From NCBI GenBank assembly GCA_028289745.1, contig JANQOD010000122.1, forward strand, positions 1 through 35,961: a DNA stretch of 35,961 nucleotides. The letters are read 5' to 3'. This DNA is from Allomuricauda sp. Lineage in GTDB: Bacteria > Bacteroidota > Bacteroidia > Flavobacteriales > Flavobacteriaceae. The notes beneath the pieces are model-generated. The model was not told the origin of the DNA. It made no database searches and saw only the letters and a list, made by a program, of their open reading frames with translations. A program made the translations under genes and the position numbers. Positions 19,228-29,790 of this stretch are shown here, one piece after another (within the stretch, counting starts at the first letter, position 1; each line of letters starts with the position of its first letter).

Positions 19228-21618
19228 ATGTTTAAAAATCAATTGAAAATCGCTTTGAGGAGCCTCTTGAAAAGAAAGGTGTTTTCTTTGATCAATATTG
19301 TAGGGTTGGCCATCGGTTTTGGCTGTGCCATCATTGTCTTTCTATTTGTCAGCCACCATTTGAGCTATGACAAATTCCACTTGAACGGTGACCGCATTTA
19401 CCGTTTTGTGACCGAAGAACAATTGGACGGTATCCATTATTCGGCCTCCGTGCCCCCCGGGTTCGCAAACGCTTTCAAGGAAGACTACGCCTATGCCGAA
19501 AAAATGGCCAAAGTAGTTTACTGGGGTGATGAGGTATTGACCATTGAAGATCGCAACCTAAAAATAAACATGGACGAAGAAGTGCGTTTTGTGGAGGCTG
19601 ATTTCTTTAACATTTTTAACTTTCCCCTGATCAATGGTTCACATGAAGTTCCCCTGAACGAGCCCAATACCGCCGTCATTACAGAAGATATGGCAGAACG
19701 CCTTTTCGGACAGGAAGAACCTGTTGGCAAAGCGTTTTTGTTTGGAAACAAAGAGCTTATCACGGTCACCGGAGTACTAAAAGAGTTTCCGGTTACCTCT
19801 GATTTCAAAAGCAGCATTTTTATTTCATTTCCTACGTTGAAATCCTTTTCACGTTTTATGTCAAGTGAGTCCTGGGGTGGTATTTCCACAAACCTAATGT
19901 GTTTTGGTTTGCTGCACCCAAATCAAGATATCGAAGCCATTGAAAAGAGTATAGTAGCTTACCCAGAAAAGTTTCGGCCGAATTCAAAGAACAAACATGT
20001 TTATAAACTTCAGCCCCTTTCAGAAATGCACTTGAACACCACATATGGTGGTGGAATCAACCGTTCTACCTTGTGGATTTTTTCATTGATTGGGGTGTTC
20101 ATCTTGGGTATGGCTTGCATCAATTTTGTCAATATATCAACAGGCCAGTCGCTGTACCGTTCAAAGGAAGTAGGGATGCGAAAAGTAGTTGGGGGTGTAA
20201 AAACCCAACTCTTTTGGCAGTTCATGATAGAAACCTTGCTCACCGGTTTTTTGGCCTTGCTGGCCGGCATTGGATTGTGTTTCTTGGTGTTGCCTTGGTT
20301 CAACTCTGTTTTTGAACTAACCCTGTCCATGGGATCACTCCTGAACATTGTTGCCATTGGCTTTATTCTGGCCCTTTTAGGTTTGGTCACATTTTTTGCC
20401 GGAAGTTATCCGGGGGTACTTATGGCAAGGGTAGCACCCATTTCAGCTCTAAAAAATCAGCTTTCCGCCAATGACATCGGCGGTTCAAATACACGAAAAG
20501 TTTTGGTCATTGCACAATTCACCATTGCCATCATTTTAATTGTGGGCACCGTTGTGGTGAACAAACAGTTGAGTTATGCCATGACCTCCGATTTGGGATA
20601 CGACCGTTCTGCCGTTGTGATGGTTGAAATTCCAACAAATGATGTTCTTCCTGTTCAAGTAGAGGGGCTGAAAGAGCGCTTGTCCAAATTTTCTGGAGTA
20701 GAAAAAATCAGTAGATGCTTGGCCTCACCAGGTGCCGCCTATTTAGAGTGGAGTACCAGTGTTCAATACAACAATAAGGCCGAAGCTGAAGAATTCAGCA
20801 TTATGGTAAAAGCTGGCGACAAAGACTACGTAGATACTTTTGGAATCCCGCTGGTCGCTGGCAGACATTTTGTAGAGAAAGACACCTTAGATGAGGTAAT
20901 GGTCAATGAAACCTTTGCCAGAAAAGTAGGGATTACCAATGTAAATGATTTGTTGGGAAAACAGATTGCCATTAATTCGGGCAGGGTTAAAGCGAGTATT
21001 GTTGGAGTAGTGTCCGACTTTCATGATCAATCTTTTGAAGGGAGCATTAATCCCGTTTTTATTGGGCCGCTTGTAGATGTCTATAATGAATTTGCCATTA
21101 AAATCAATATGGCACAGGCATCACAGACCCTTTCCGATATTGAAGCGGAATGGACCAAATTATTTCCGGAGTTCGTATTCAATTATGATTTCTTGGATGA
21201 ACGTGTAGCCGAGCAATATCAGAAAGAACAACAGTTTCTTTCGTTGACCAAGGCCTTCTCGCTATTGGCTATTTTAATCGGATGTTTGGGGGTATACGGA
21301 CTCATAAGTTTCTTTATTGGCCAAAAAACCAAGGAAATAGGTATCAGAAAAGTGCTGGGCAGCAACTTGGGTCAAATTTTGAAGCTGCTCACAAAAGACT
21401 TTGTGGTAATGATTTTGCTCGCCGGGGCAATTGCCTCGCCCATTGCTTGGCTTGTTATGAACCGGTGGCTCGAGAGCTATCAATATCGCACACAAATTTC
21501 ATGGTGGGTATTCGTTTTGGCCATCGGCGGGGTAATACTTATCACCATGACCACCATGGCCTACAAAACCATTAAAGCCGCCAATGCCGACCCGGTAAAA
21601 AGCTTACGCGCAGAATAG
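19228..21618 (+). CDS. ABC transporter permease, MacB/FtsX family (paralog 9, 796 aa)
   Basis: MFKNQLKIALRSL start; same motif set; ends DPVKSLRAE. Confidence 0.93.
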   Translation: MFKNQLKIALRSLLKRKVFSLINIVGLAIGFGCAIIVFLFVSHHLSYDKFHLNGDRIYRFVTEEQLDGIHYSASVPPGFANAFKEDYAYAEKMAKVVYWGDEVLTIEDRNLKINMDEEVRFVEADFFNIFNFPLINGSHEVPLNEPNTAVITEDMAERLFGQEEPVGKAFLFGNKELITVTGVLKEFPVTSDFKSSIFISFPTLKSFSRFMSSESWGGISTNLMCFGLLHPNQDIEAIEKSIVAYPEKFRPNSKNKHVYKLQPLSEMHLNTTYGGGINRSTLWIFSLIGVFILGMACINFVNISTGQSLYRSKEVGMRKVVGGVKTQLFWQFMIETLLTGFLALLAGIGLCFLVLPWFNSVFELTLSMGSLLNIVAIGFILALLGLVTFFAGSYPGVLMARVAPISALKNQLSANDIGGSNTRKVLVIAQFTIAIILIVGTVVVNKQLSYAMTSDLGYDRSAVVMVEIPTNDVLPVQVEGLKERLSKFSGVEKISRCLASPGAAYLEWSTSVQYNNKAEAEEFSIMVKAGDKDYVDTFGIPLVAGRHFVEKDTLDEVMVNETFARKVGITNVNDLLGKQIAINSGRVKASIVGVVSDFHDQSFEGSINPVFIGPLVDVYNEFAIKINMAQASQTLSDIEAEWTKLFPEFVFNYDFLDERVAEQYQKEQQFLSLTKAFSLLAILIGCLGVYGLISFFIGQKTKEIGIRKVLGSNLGQILKLLTKDFVVMILLAGAIASPIAWLVMNRWLESYQYRTQISWWVFVLAIGGVILITMTTMAYKTIKAANADPVKSLRAE

Positions 21619-21644
21619 CCCAAAAGGTAATAAAAAGAACAATT

Positions 21645-24098
21645 ATGTTTAAAAACCACCTGAAAATCGCTTGGAGAAGCCTCTTAAAGAACAAAGTGTT
21701 TTCGGTCATTAATATTATTGGCCTATGCATTGGGCTATGTGCCGCCATGATCATCGGGGCCATAGTGTATTACGATCTTTCTTTTGACACCTTTCATAAC
21801 GACAAAAACAGAATATATAGGGTTTCCAGCGTCATTACATTCGGCGAAGATAGGTTTACCAACCGAGGGGCGGCACTTCCCTTGATGCAGGTTCTAAGAG
21901 ATAATGCTCCTGAAGTTGAGCTGGTCGTGCCTACCTTAAACGCCTATATCCAAATGGTGGAAAACCATAGAACCAATGCTAAGTTCAAAAATCCAACAGA
22001 TGTTATTTTTACTGATGACACCTATTTTCAGTTGTTGAAATACCCTTGGCTTGCCGGAGATCAAAAAACGGCCCTGTCACGACCGGGACAAATCGTCTTA
22101 ACAAAAGAAATGGCCAAAAAATACTTTCCGAATGCCCAAATGCAGCAAATTTTGGGGCAAAATTTGGTATATAACGATTCTATCCCGCTCACTGTAAGTG
22201 GTATTGTGTCTAGATTTACCGAAAAAAGTGATTTCACCTTTAAAGAATTTATTTCGTTGTCCTCCGCCCAACTATTTGGAAAGGAAAATGTGGCCTACTC
22301 TTCAAACTGGAACGACACCAGTTCTGACAATCAAATTTTCGTGAAATTAAAAGAGCGGGGCAACAAAGCTTCCCTACAGTCTCGCTTGAATGCCCTCGCC
22401 GCAGAACATAAGAACAAAGCCGACTGGGCCACAAATTTTGAGCGCTCCTTTAAATTGCAACCTTTGGCTGATTTCAGGTTTGGAGCACAACTTGATGTGC
22501 CTCCGCCGGGCAGCGTCCCCTATCGGTCAGATGTAAAGGTTCTTATGGCCTTAGGCTTTGTCGCACTGTTTCTGTTGCTATTGGGCTGTGCCAATTTTAT
22601 CAACCTCAACTCAGCACAGGCCTTAACAAGGGCCAAAGACATAGGCATACGAAAGACCTTGGGCAGTTCCAAAAAGCAAGTCATCCAACAGTTTTATTAT
22701 GAAACCTTGATTTTGACCACAATAGCGGCATTGCTGTCACTACTCATTGCTCCCTTATTGTTGAATCAATTTCAAGACCAATTACCTGTGGGCATCACAA
22801 TGGGCGTGCTGTATAAATGGCAGGGCCTTTTGGGCATAGTGGCCTTGATTTTCATGGTCAGTCTAATTTCCGGACTTTATCCGGCTTGGGTACTCTCTGG
22901 CTTTAATCCTGTCTCGGTGCTAAAAGGTCAGATGGTCAAGGGAACCAAGGGAACCCGATTACGAAAGGGGTTGACCGTTTTTCAGTTTGTGGTCGCCCAA
23001 GTGTTCATCATCGCCACTTTGGTAGTGGGAAAACAACTTTATTTCATTATGCATAAGGATATGGGCTTTAAAACCGAGAACATTGCATATGTGCACATTC
23101 CAAGGCCAAATAACACACCCCAAGTAAAAAAGGAACGGCTCTTTGGGGCGCTCAAAGATATTGAGGGTCTTTCCAACATTAGCTATGGTCGTGCCACACC
23201 TGCTTCAACCAATTATTGGACCACCATGTTGGGCCATTTTGATGAGCAAAAAGAGATGTTCCAAGATACCCAAATGTTGATAGGCGATCTCAACTACACC
23301 AAAACATATGATATACCCCTTATTGCCGGTCGAGAAAGGCTCAATGACAGTATAAAGGAATTTGTGGCCAACGAAGCTTTGGTCAAAGCCTTGGGCTATG
23401 AAAATCCTACAGACATTATTGGCACCAATCTAAAGTATGACACGGTAAATATTCAAGTGGTCGGTGTCATTGCCAATTTTAATCAGCACTCATTGCATTC
23501 TACCATAAAACCTATGGTGCTGACCGGCGATTGGAGCAGTAACCGATATTCCAATTTTACGAGCGTCCATTTTGATTTGGGCGATGATTCGCATCAGTGG
23601 TCAACAAGTATCAAGGCCATAGAGAAAGCTTGGGCATCAATTTATCCGGAAGAAGAGCTGGAAATCCATTATATGGACAATACCATAAAAGGATTCTACC
23701 AAAAAGAACGTCGGACCGTAAAACTCCTTCAATGGGCAACTGCCCTTGCCATCATCATCAGTTGTTTAGGATTGCTCGGTTTGGTCATTCATGGCACTGA
23801 AAGAAAGACTAAGGAAATCAGTATTCGAAAAGTGTTGGGTGCTTCATTGGCCCAATTGAATATGTTATTATGTAAAGAATTTGTGTTGTTGGTGGGCATT
23901 GCATTTGTCATTGCCGTGCCCTTGACATGGTATGGCCTTAACGACTGGTTACAAAATTTTGCCTTTAAAACCCATCTAAGTTGGTGGGTCTTTATTAGTG
24001 GAGGATTGGGCATGTTGATCATCGCACTTATGGTGGTCAGCATACGTACCCTATCGGCGGCGCGGGCCAACCCGATCAAAAGTTTGCGAACAGAGTAG
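21645..24098 (+). CDS. ABC transporter permease, MacB/FtsX family (paralog 10, 817 aa)
   Basis: MFKNHLKIAWRSL start; same motif set; ends NPIKSLRTE. Confidence 0.93.
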   Translation: MFKNHLKIAWRSLLKNKVFSVINIIGLCIGLCAAMIIGAIVYYDLSFDTFHNDKNRIYRVSSVITFGEDRFTNRGAALPLMQVLRDNAPEVELVVPTLNAYIQMVENHRTNAKFKNPTDVIFTDDTYFQLLKYPWLAGDQKTALSRPGQIVLTKEMAKKYFPNAQMQQILGQNLVYNDSIPLTVSGIVSRFTEKSDFTFKEFISLSSAQLFGKENVAYSSNWNDTSSDNQIFVKLKERGNKASLQSRLNALAAEHKNKADWATNFERSFKLQPLADFRFGAQLDVPPPGSVPYRSDVKVLMALGFVALFLLLLGCANFINLNSAQALTRAKDIGIRKTLGSSKKQVIQQFYYETLILTTIAALLSLLIAPLLLNQFQDQLPVGITMGVLYKWQGLLGIVALIFMVSLISGLYPAWVLSGFNPVSVLKGQMVKGTKGTRLRKGLTVFQFVVAQVFIIATLVVGKQLYFIMHKDMGFKTENIAYVHIPRPNNTPQVKKERLFGALKDIEGLSNISYGRATPASTNYWTTMLGHFDEQKEMFQDTQMLIGDLNYTKTYDIPLIAGRERLNDSIKEFVANEALVKALGYENPTDIIGTNLKYDTVNIQVVGVIANFNQHSLHSTIKPMVLTGDWSSNRYSNFTSVHFDLGDDSHQWSTSIKAIEKAWASIYPEEELEIHYMDNTIKGFYQKERRTVKLLQWATALAIIISCLGLLGLVIHGTERKTKEISIRKVLGASLAQLNMLLCKEFVLLVGIAFVIAVPLTWYGLNDWLQNFAFKTHLSWWVFISGGLGMLIIALMVVSIRTLSAARANPIKSLRTE

Positions 24099-24114
24099 AT
24101 CTGCTAATTTTAGT

Positions 24115-24221
24115 TGTAAATACATTAGACAAACACTGTCAAAATATTTTACAGCAATATCTTCGATATTTGATTTAAAAAACTACAAATCAGTCTATTG
24201 TGATTTTGGCATGATAATCGT
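24115..24221 (+). promoter_or_regulatory. Putative sigma54 (RpoN)-dependent promoter with tandem enhancer boxes and IHF site
   Basis: TGT-N11-ACA at 24115-24131 and 24137-24153 (22-bp period). AATCAGTCTATTG at 24188-24200 matches the IHF consensus WATCARNNNNTTR. TGGCATGATAATCGT at 24207-24221 is GG-N10-GT (canonical is GG-N10-GC). Confidence 0.6.
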
Positions 24222-24256
24222 TTTTTTAATGATACTCAATCAAAATACGAGCAGTC

Positions 24257-26644
24257 ATGTTCAAAAACCATATCAAAATAGCTTGGAGGAACCTAACAAA
24301 GAACAAACAGTACGCGGTCATCAATTTGGCTGGGCTCAGCGTTGGTATGGCCTGCTATATTCTTATTGCCCTTTTCATTCAGTTCGAACTAAGTTATGAC
24401 AGACATCACCAGAAGGCAGATCGTATTTACCGAATCGCACAACAACAACCTGGTAATGAATATAGGGGCACGGACAAGTTTGCACTGGCACCGTTGCCGT
24501 TATCTGAGGCCTTGGTTTTAGACTATCCTGAAGTTGAAGCGGTGACCAATGTCAATCAAGATTTCACACTATTGATTAAGGGGGAAGAATCTTTCGGGGA
24601 ACAAGGGTTAGCCACCGATTCCCATTTTTTTGATGTTTTCAGTGTTCCTTTGGTTCAAGGTAATCGCAACGATATACTTAATGATCCCAATACCATTGTA
24701 CTGACCGAATCACTATCAAAAAAACTGTTTGGAACAGATTCTCCCCTGGGCAAATCAATACTGTACGCCAGAAATAGAAACATGACGGTAGTGGGTATCG
24801 TTCCCGATCCCCCAAAAAACCAGCATTTGAACTATAGTTATATCATCTCATATAAAATCAGGGGCTATTACCCCAATGATGTGGGAAACTGGGTCAGCAA
24901 CAATTATCATGCTTATCTGGCATTGAAAGAAGGTAGCGATTATCTTACACTTCAAGAAAAGATGAAGCGCTATGATGAAATAGCAAAACCGGGCTATGAA
25001 CAATTGGGGTTTAATTTTTATCCCCATTACTTTCTCCAGCCGCTAAAGGACATCCACTTGCATTCCAATATGAACATGGAAATCGGAGCCAATGGAGACA
25101 TTCGATATGTGTACCTGTTTGGGGCCATAGCACTGATCATACTTTTTCTGGCATCCATAAACTACATAAATCTGGCAACCGCCAAGTCTGCTCAACGTGC
25201 CAAAGAAGTTGGGGTATCAAAAGTGCTGGGCGCAAAAAAAAGAAATCTTACCGTACAGTTTCTCGCTGAGTCTTTTTTGCTTACCATAGCGAGTGTATTG
25301 ATTGCCATTGGAATTACTTTTTTGGTCCTTCCGTTTTTCAATACATTATTGGCACAGGAAATTCCTTTTGATGTGGTCGGAAGCTGGTGGATAATTGCCT
25401 TAATGATTTTTGTCGCCCTCTTAATCGGTGTACTTTCAGGCCTGTATCCTGCCCTGTTCTTATCGGCCCTTAGCCCTGTGAGGGCATTAAAAGGAGATTT
25501 CATGAAAAGTCACAAGAATGGTAGTTTTTTGAGAAATGCACTGGTCGTGGGGCAGTTTATTGTTGCCGTTTCGTTGGCCATAGGCAGTATCGTCATACAT
25601 CAACAACTTTCCTATATCCAAAACAAGAAGCTGGGTTATACCAAGGAACAGATTGTACACGTACCTTATTTTCAAAACGAAATCTCAGCGAAAAGAGACG
25701 TAATTCGGAATCAGTTATTAAGCCATCCAAAAATCAATAAAGTGTCTATAAGCACACAGTTGCCCATGAATATTACCAGTCAAGGAATTGTGAGCGAATG
25801 GGAGGGCAACAAAGGAGACGAAGACCTTTATATCTACAGGTGTTATGTTGACCATCACTTCATCGATCTTTTTGAAATGGAAATTGTAGAGGGGCGCACG
25901 TTCTCAAATAAAATTCCGTCTGATTCATCGGCTGCCTATATTTTAAATGAATCGGCCCTAAAAAAAATGGGCTGGAAAACCGCAGCAGGCAAAAAGTTCA
26001 GGGACGGAACCGTTATCGGGGTTGTAAAGGACTTTCACTTACAAACTTTTGATTTGACCATTGAACCCCTTTTTATGACCATGCCAAGTATTGCCCAATT
26101 GGACAATTTTGGCCAGGTCATCCTAAAGATGGATACAGAAGATTTTGCCAGTACGAAAGGTTTTATTGAAAAGACCATGAAGGCCGTGGTGCCCATGGTC
26201 AATTATGAGGCCCGTTTTATGGAAGATTCCTATGCCCAACTCTACGATAAGGAAGCCCGATTGGGAAAGGCGTTCAGGGTATTTACCTTGTTGGCCCTAT
26301 TTATAGCCGCTATGGGATTATTCGGACTTGTTTCCTTCAATGTGGTTCAACGCACCAAAGAAATTGGAATACGCAAGGTTTTGGGTTCTTCAGTCATTGG
26401 AATTGTTAATTTAGTCGCCAAAGACTTCCTAAAACTTGTTCTTCTGGCAATTGTTCTAGCCGTGCCAATAGCCTTTTTGGTTATGAATGATTGGCTGCAA
26501 GATTATGCCTATAGAACAAAAATTCAATGGTGGGTATTTCTTTTGGTGGGCATTGCTACAATCGGTATTTCGTTTATCACTATTTATTTTCAAAGTTTTA
26601 AAGCTGCTTCAAGTAATCCCGTAGAAATTCTACGAACCGAATAA
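24257..26644 (+). CDS. ABC transporter permease, MacB/FtsX family (paralog 11, 795 aa)
   Basis: MFKNHIKIAWRNL start; same motif set; ends NPVEILRTE. Confidence 0.93.
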   Translation: MFKNHIKIAWRNLTKNKQYAVINLAGLSVGMACYILIALFIQFELSYDRHHQKADRIYRIAQQQPGNEYRGTDKFALAPLPLSEALVLDYPEVEAVTNVNQDFTLLIKGEESFGEQGLATDSHFFDVFSVPLVQGNRNDILNDPNTIVLTESLSKKLFGTDSPLGKSILYARNRNMTVVGIVPDPPKNQHLNYSYIISYKIRGYYPNDVGNWVSNNYHAYLALKEGSDYLTLQEKMKRYDEIAKPGYEQLGFNFYPHYFLQPLKDIHLHSNMNMEIGANGDIRYVYLFGAIALIILFLASINYINLATAKSAQRAKEVGVSKVLGAKKRNLTVQFLAESFLLTIASVLIAIGITFLVLPFFNTLLAQEIPFDVVGSWWIIALMIFVALLIGVLSGLYPALFLSALSPVRALKGDFMKSHKNGSFLRNALVVGQFIVAVSLAIGSIVIHQQLSYIQNKKLGYTKEQIVHVPYFQNEISAKRDVIRNQLLSHPKINKVSISTQLPMNITSQGIVSEWEGNKGDEDLYIYRCYVDHHFIDLFEMEIVEGRTFSNKIPSDSSAAYILNESALKKMGWKTAAGKKFRDGTVIGVVKDFHLQTFDLTIEPLFMTMPSIAQLDNFGQVILKMDTEDFASTKGFIEKTMKAVVPMVNYEARFMEDSYAQLYDKEARLGKAFRVFTLLALFIAAMGLFGLVSFNVVQRTKEIGIRKVLGSSVIGIVNLVAKDFLKLVLLAIVLAVPIAFLVMNDWLQDYAYRTKIQWWVFLLVGIATIGISFITIYFQSFKAASSNPVEILRTE

Positions 26645-26723
26645 GTTGAATCATTTAACAATTAAAATAACGGTACCACCAAAAAACAGACACTTTTTGA
26701 GCCATCACCATAAACCCTAAAAA

Positions 26724-29102
26724 ATGTTTAAGCACAATATTTTATTGTATTTAAGAAAAACCCAAAAGCACAAAAGTACCTTTTTCATCAACTTGGTAGG
26801 TTTATCATCGGGCTTGGCCTGTGTGTTGTTGGTGTATCTCTGGGTGTCTGATGAACTTGCGATGGATACCTTTCATGAGCACGATGAGCGACTGTACCAA
26901 GTACGTAGAAATGTGCCGGTGGCCCCAGGAGAATTGGCCACCTTCTCTACAAATTCAAGTCTAATGCTCACCGCCTTGCAAGAGGAGGTGCCGGAAGTGG
27001 AATTGGCGACAGCGGTCTACGAACTTAGCAATATGTCTCGCTTAGAAGCCGAAGACAAAAAAATAAGTGCCCCTGGTGTAATGGCAAGTCAAGACTTTTT
27101 CAAGGTGTTTTCGTACCCTTTACTTTCAGGGGATAAAAACACAGCCCTAACCGACGTAAATACCGTGGTCATTTCGAGGGAACTGGCAACCAGCTTTTTT
27201 GGCGAAGAAATTGACCCTATGGGCAAAACAATTGCCATTAAAGATGGAGAAGAAGAAATCGACGAGGTTTTTACCATATCTGGAGTTTTTGAGATACCGC
27301 AAAACGCTTCACGGCAATTCGATTTTATCTTACCCTACAAGACCTTTCTTAAATATAGAGATCCAGATGATATAGCATGGTATAGTAATAGTTCAAATGT
27401 CTATGTTCTTTTAGCGCCCAAAACAGATATCAAGGCGTTCAACGAAAAGATGGCAGGTTTTGTATCAAAACGTCACAAGTATGTAAAGGGCGAACAAGTG
27501 TTGTTTACCAAATACAGCGACAACTACCTGAGGGGAAATTATGAAAATGGAAAACAAGTCGGTGGGCGAATCAATTATGTAATGCTATTTTCGATTGTGG
27601 CCCTTTTCGTGCTATCCATTGCGTGCATCAATTTCATGAACCTATCTACGGCAAGGGCTACAAGAAGATTGAAGGAAGTAGGGATCAAAAAGGCAATCGG
27701 TGCCAATAGAGAATCGTTGATCATTCAGTTTCTTTCTGAATCGGTCTTACTGTCTTTCTTTTCGTTAGGGTGTGCCGTTCTTGTCGTATTGCTTTTATTA
27801 CCGTGGTTCAATACCATTACCGGTAAAGAGCTCACGTTCGCCATTGAACCTCAAGTGGTACTTGTACTTTTCTTAATCGCGCTATTGACCGGACTGGTTT
27901 CTGGAAGTTACCCTGCGTTGTATTTGACAAAGTTCAGCGCTGTAAAAGTTTTGAAGGGAAAAATCAATACCTCCTTCGGGGAACTTTTGGCCCGCAAAGG
28001 ATTGGTCATTTTTCAATTTAGTATCTCCATTTTATTGATTGTTGCGGTCGGTGTCATTTATATGCAACTGGACTACATGCAATCAAAAAATCTGGGTTAT
28101 GACAAAGACAACGTCATGATTTTTGGGATACAGGATGGATTGATCGATAAAGTTGATGTCTTTCTTGAACAAGCAAAACAACTGCCCGGAGTGGTCAATG
28201 CGACCTACATGCAAGGCGGAATGACGAATTTCAACAATGCCTCAGGAGGGCATTCTTGGCCCGGTCAAACCGAAGAGTCAAAGTATATTACGTTTAGACA
28301 TGCCCATGTAGGTCCAGAATTCATAGAAACGATGGGAATCGAATTGAAGGAAGGAAGAACCTACCTCAATGAAAAACCCAATAACGAATCAAAAATTATA
28401 TTGAATGAGACGGCCGTTGAGGTCATGGGGCTTGAAAACCCTATTGGGACAGTAATTGATATGCGGGGACCAAATCGGGAAATCATTGGTGTGGTAAAAG
28501 ACTTCAATATTCAATCCCTGTACAATGAAATTGCCCCCATGGCACTGTTGTGCAGAACGGAATGGATCAGCAATTTAGTGGTCAAGATCAAGGCAGGCGA
28601 AGAAAAAACTGCCATTGCTTCCCTAGAAAAGCTCTACAACGAATTCAGTCCTGGGCTTACCTTCGATTTTCGCTTTTTAGACAATCAATACCAAGAGCTA
28701 TATCGGTCAGAGCAACGCGTATCAACGCTTTCAAAATACTTTGCCGCAATGGCCATTTTGATTTCTTGCTTGGGCCTTTTCGGTTTGGCCGCTTTTTCCG
28801 CAGAAAGAAGGAGAAAGGAAATCAGCATCAGGAAGGTGCTCGGGCAAACGGTTTCGCAAGTAACCGTAATGCTTTCCGGTGAATTCATGAAATTGGTTTT
28901 TATTTCAATATTGGTTGCCTTACCTTTTGCATACCTTTTGGCAACAAATTGGCTTTCACAGTTTGCCTACAAAATTTCACTACATGCGGGATATTTTATA
29001 GGTGCTGGGCTTGTGGCCATAGTGATTGCGCTGCTAACCGTTGGAAGCCAAGCAATAAATGCGGCGAACAAAAATCCGGTTCACGCCCTTAAAGACGAAT
29101 AA
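26724..29102 (+). CDS. ABC transporter permease, MacB/FtsX family (paralog 12, 792 aa)
   Basis: MFKHNILLYLRK start; closest to paralog 3 (YENGKQVGGRI.YV.LFS, ERRRKEISIRKVLGQ, AANKNPV). Confidence 0.93.
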   Translation: MFKHNILLYLRKTQKHKSTFFINLVGLSSGLACVLLVYLWVSDELAMDTFHEHDERLYQVRRNVPVAPGELATFSTNSSLMLTALQEEVPEVELATAVYELSNMSRLEAEDKKISAPGVMASQDFFKVFSYPLLSGDKNTALTDVNTVVISRELATSFFGEEIDPMGKTIAIKDGEEEIDEVFTISGVFEIPQNASRQFDFILPYKTFLKYRDPDDIAWYSNSSNVYVLLAPKTDIKAFNEKMAGFVSKRHKYVKGEQVLFTKYSDNYLRGNYENGKQVGGRINYVMLFSIVALFVLSIACINFMNLSTARATRRLKEVGIKKAIGANRESLIIQFLSESVLLSFFSLGCAVLVVLLLLPWFNTITGKELTFAIEPQVVLVLFLIALLTGLVSGSYPALYLTKFSAVKVLKGKINTSFGELLARKGLVIFQFSISILLIVAVGVIYMQLDYMQSKNLGYDKDNVMIFGIQDGLIDKVDVFLEQAKQLPGVVNATYMQGGMTNFNNASGGHSWPGQTEESKYITFRHAHVGPEFIETMGIELKEGRTYLNEKPNNESKIILNETAVEVMGLENPIGTVIDMRGPNREIIGVVKDFNIQSLYNEIAPMALLCRTEWISNLVVKIKAGEEKTAIASLEKLYNEFSPGLTFDFRFLDNQYQELYRSEQRVSTLSKYFAAMAILISCLGLFGLAAFSAERRRKEISIRKVLGQTVSQVTVMLSGEFMKLVFISILVALPFAYLLATNWLSQFAYKISLHAGYFIGAGLVAIVIALLTVGSQAINAANKNPVHALKDE

Positions 29103-29124
29103 AACAACTAAAAAAGACAGAATT

Positions 29125-29790
29125 ATGCTTTTAGAACTAAAAAATATATTTAAATGGGTCAACTCTGGAAGCCAGCGAATCTTTTTGTTAAAAGACATCA
29201 ATCTTTCTGTGGAGGAAGGAGAGTTCATCTCTGTGATGGGGCCGTCGGGGTCTGGAAAATCAACCCTTCTCAATGTCATCGGAATGTTGGATCAATTTGA
29301 CGAAGGGGAATACTACTTTTTTGATGAGTCGGTTCACAAGCTCAAAGAAAGACATCGTTCCAATTTGTACAAAGAATATATCGGCTTCGTCTTTCAAGCG
29401 TATCACCTTTTGGATGACCTAACGGTCTATGAAAACCTCGAAATGCCCCTGCTTTACAAGAAGTATAAAGGTGCTGAGCGCAAAGCTATGGTAGCCGATA
29501 TGCTCGACCGGTTTAATATTGTGGGCAAAAAGGATTTGTTTCCGGCCCAGCTGAGCGGAGGGCAACAACAGTTGGTCGGGGTAGCACGGGCATTGATCTC
29601 TAAACCCAAACTAATTTTGGCCGATGAACCCACGGGCAACCTTAATTCAAAACAAGGGGAAGAAATCATGGACCTTTTCAAGCAGTTAAATGAAGAAGGG
29701 GTGACCATCATTCAGGTGACCCATTCAGAAAAGAATGCCGCCTATGGTTCGCGGATCATTAATTTATTGGATGGTAGGATGGTCAAATAA
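29125..29790 (+). CDS. ABC transporter ATP-binding protein, MacB/LolD/FtsE-like (221 aa)
   Basis: Start moved to ATG 29125 ([10 protein letters not shown]). Walker [11 protein letters not shown]-loop FVFQ, signature LSGGQQQ, Walker B ILADE, H-loop VTH. Confidence 0.95.
   Translation: MLLELKNIFKWVNSGSQRIFLLKDINLSVEEGEFISVMGPSGSGKSTLLNVIGMLDQFDEGEYYFFDESVHKLKERHRSNLYKEYIGFVFQAYHLLDDLTVYENLEMPLLYKKYKGAERKAMVADMLDRFNIVGKKDLFPAQLSGGQQQLVGVARALISKPKLILADEPTGNLNSKQGEEIMDLFKQLNEEGVTIIQVTHSEKNAAYGSRIINLLDGRMVK

Noticed and set aside
1990-29102. Periodic repeat AA(C/T)CC.GT.AA.AGTTT.CG.AC.GAATAA about every 2.4 kb, considered as a CRISPR repeat or integron attC-like site
   Set aside because: It encodes the conserved NPVKSLRTE C-terminus and varies at synonymous positions. 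No integrase or cas gene is present.
25-29711. Many 60-180 aa antisense ORFs with recurring words such as APNTFRTPIS
   Set aside because: They are reverse-complement shadows of the conserved KEIG.RKVLGA motif and other permease or ATPase codons, not independent genes.
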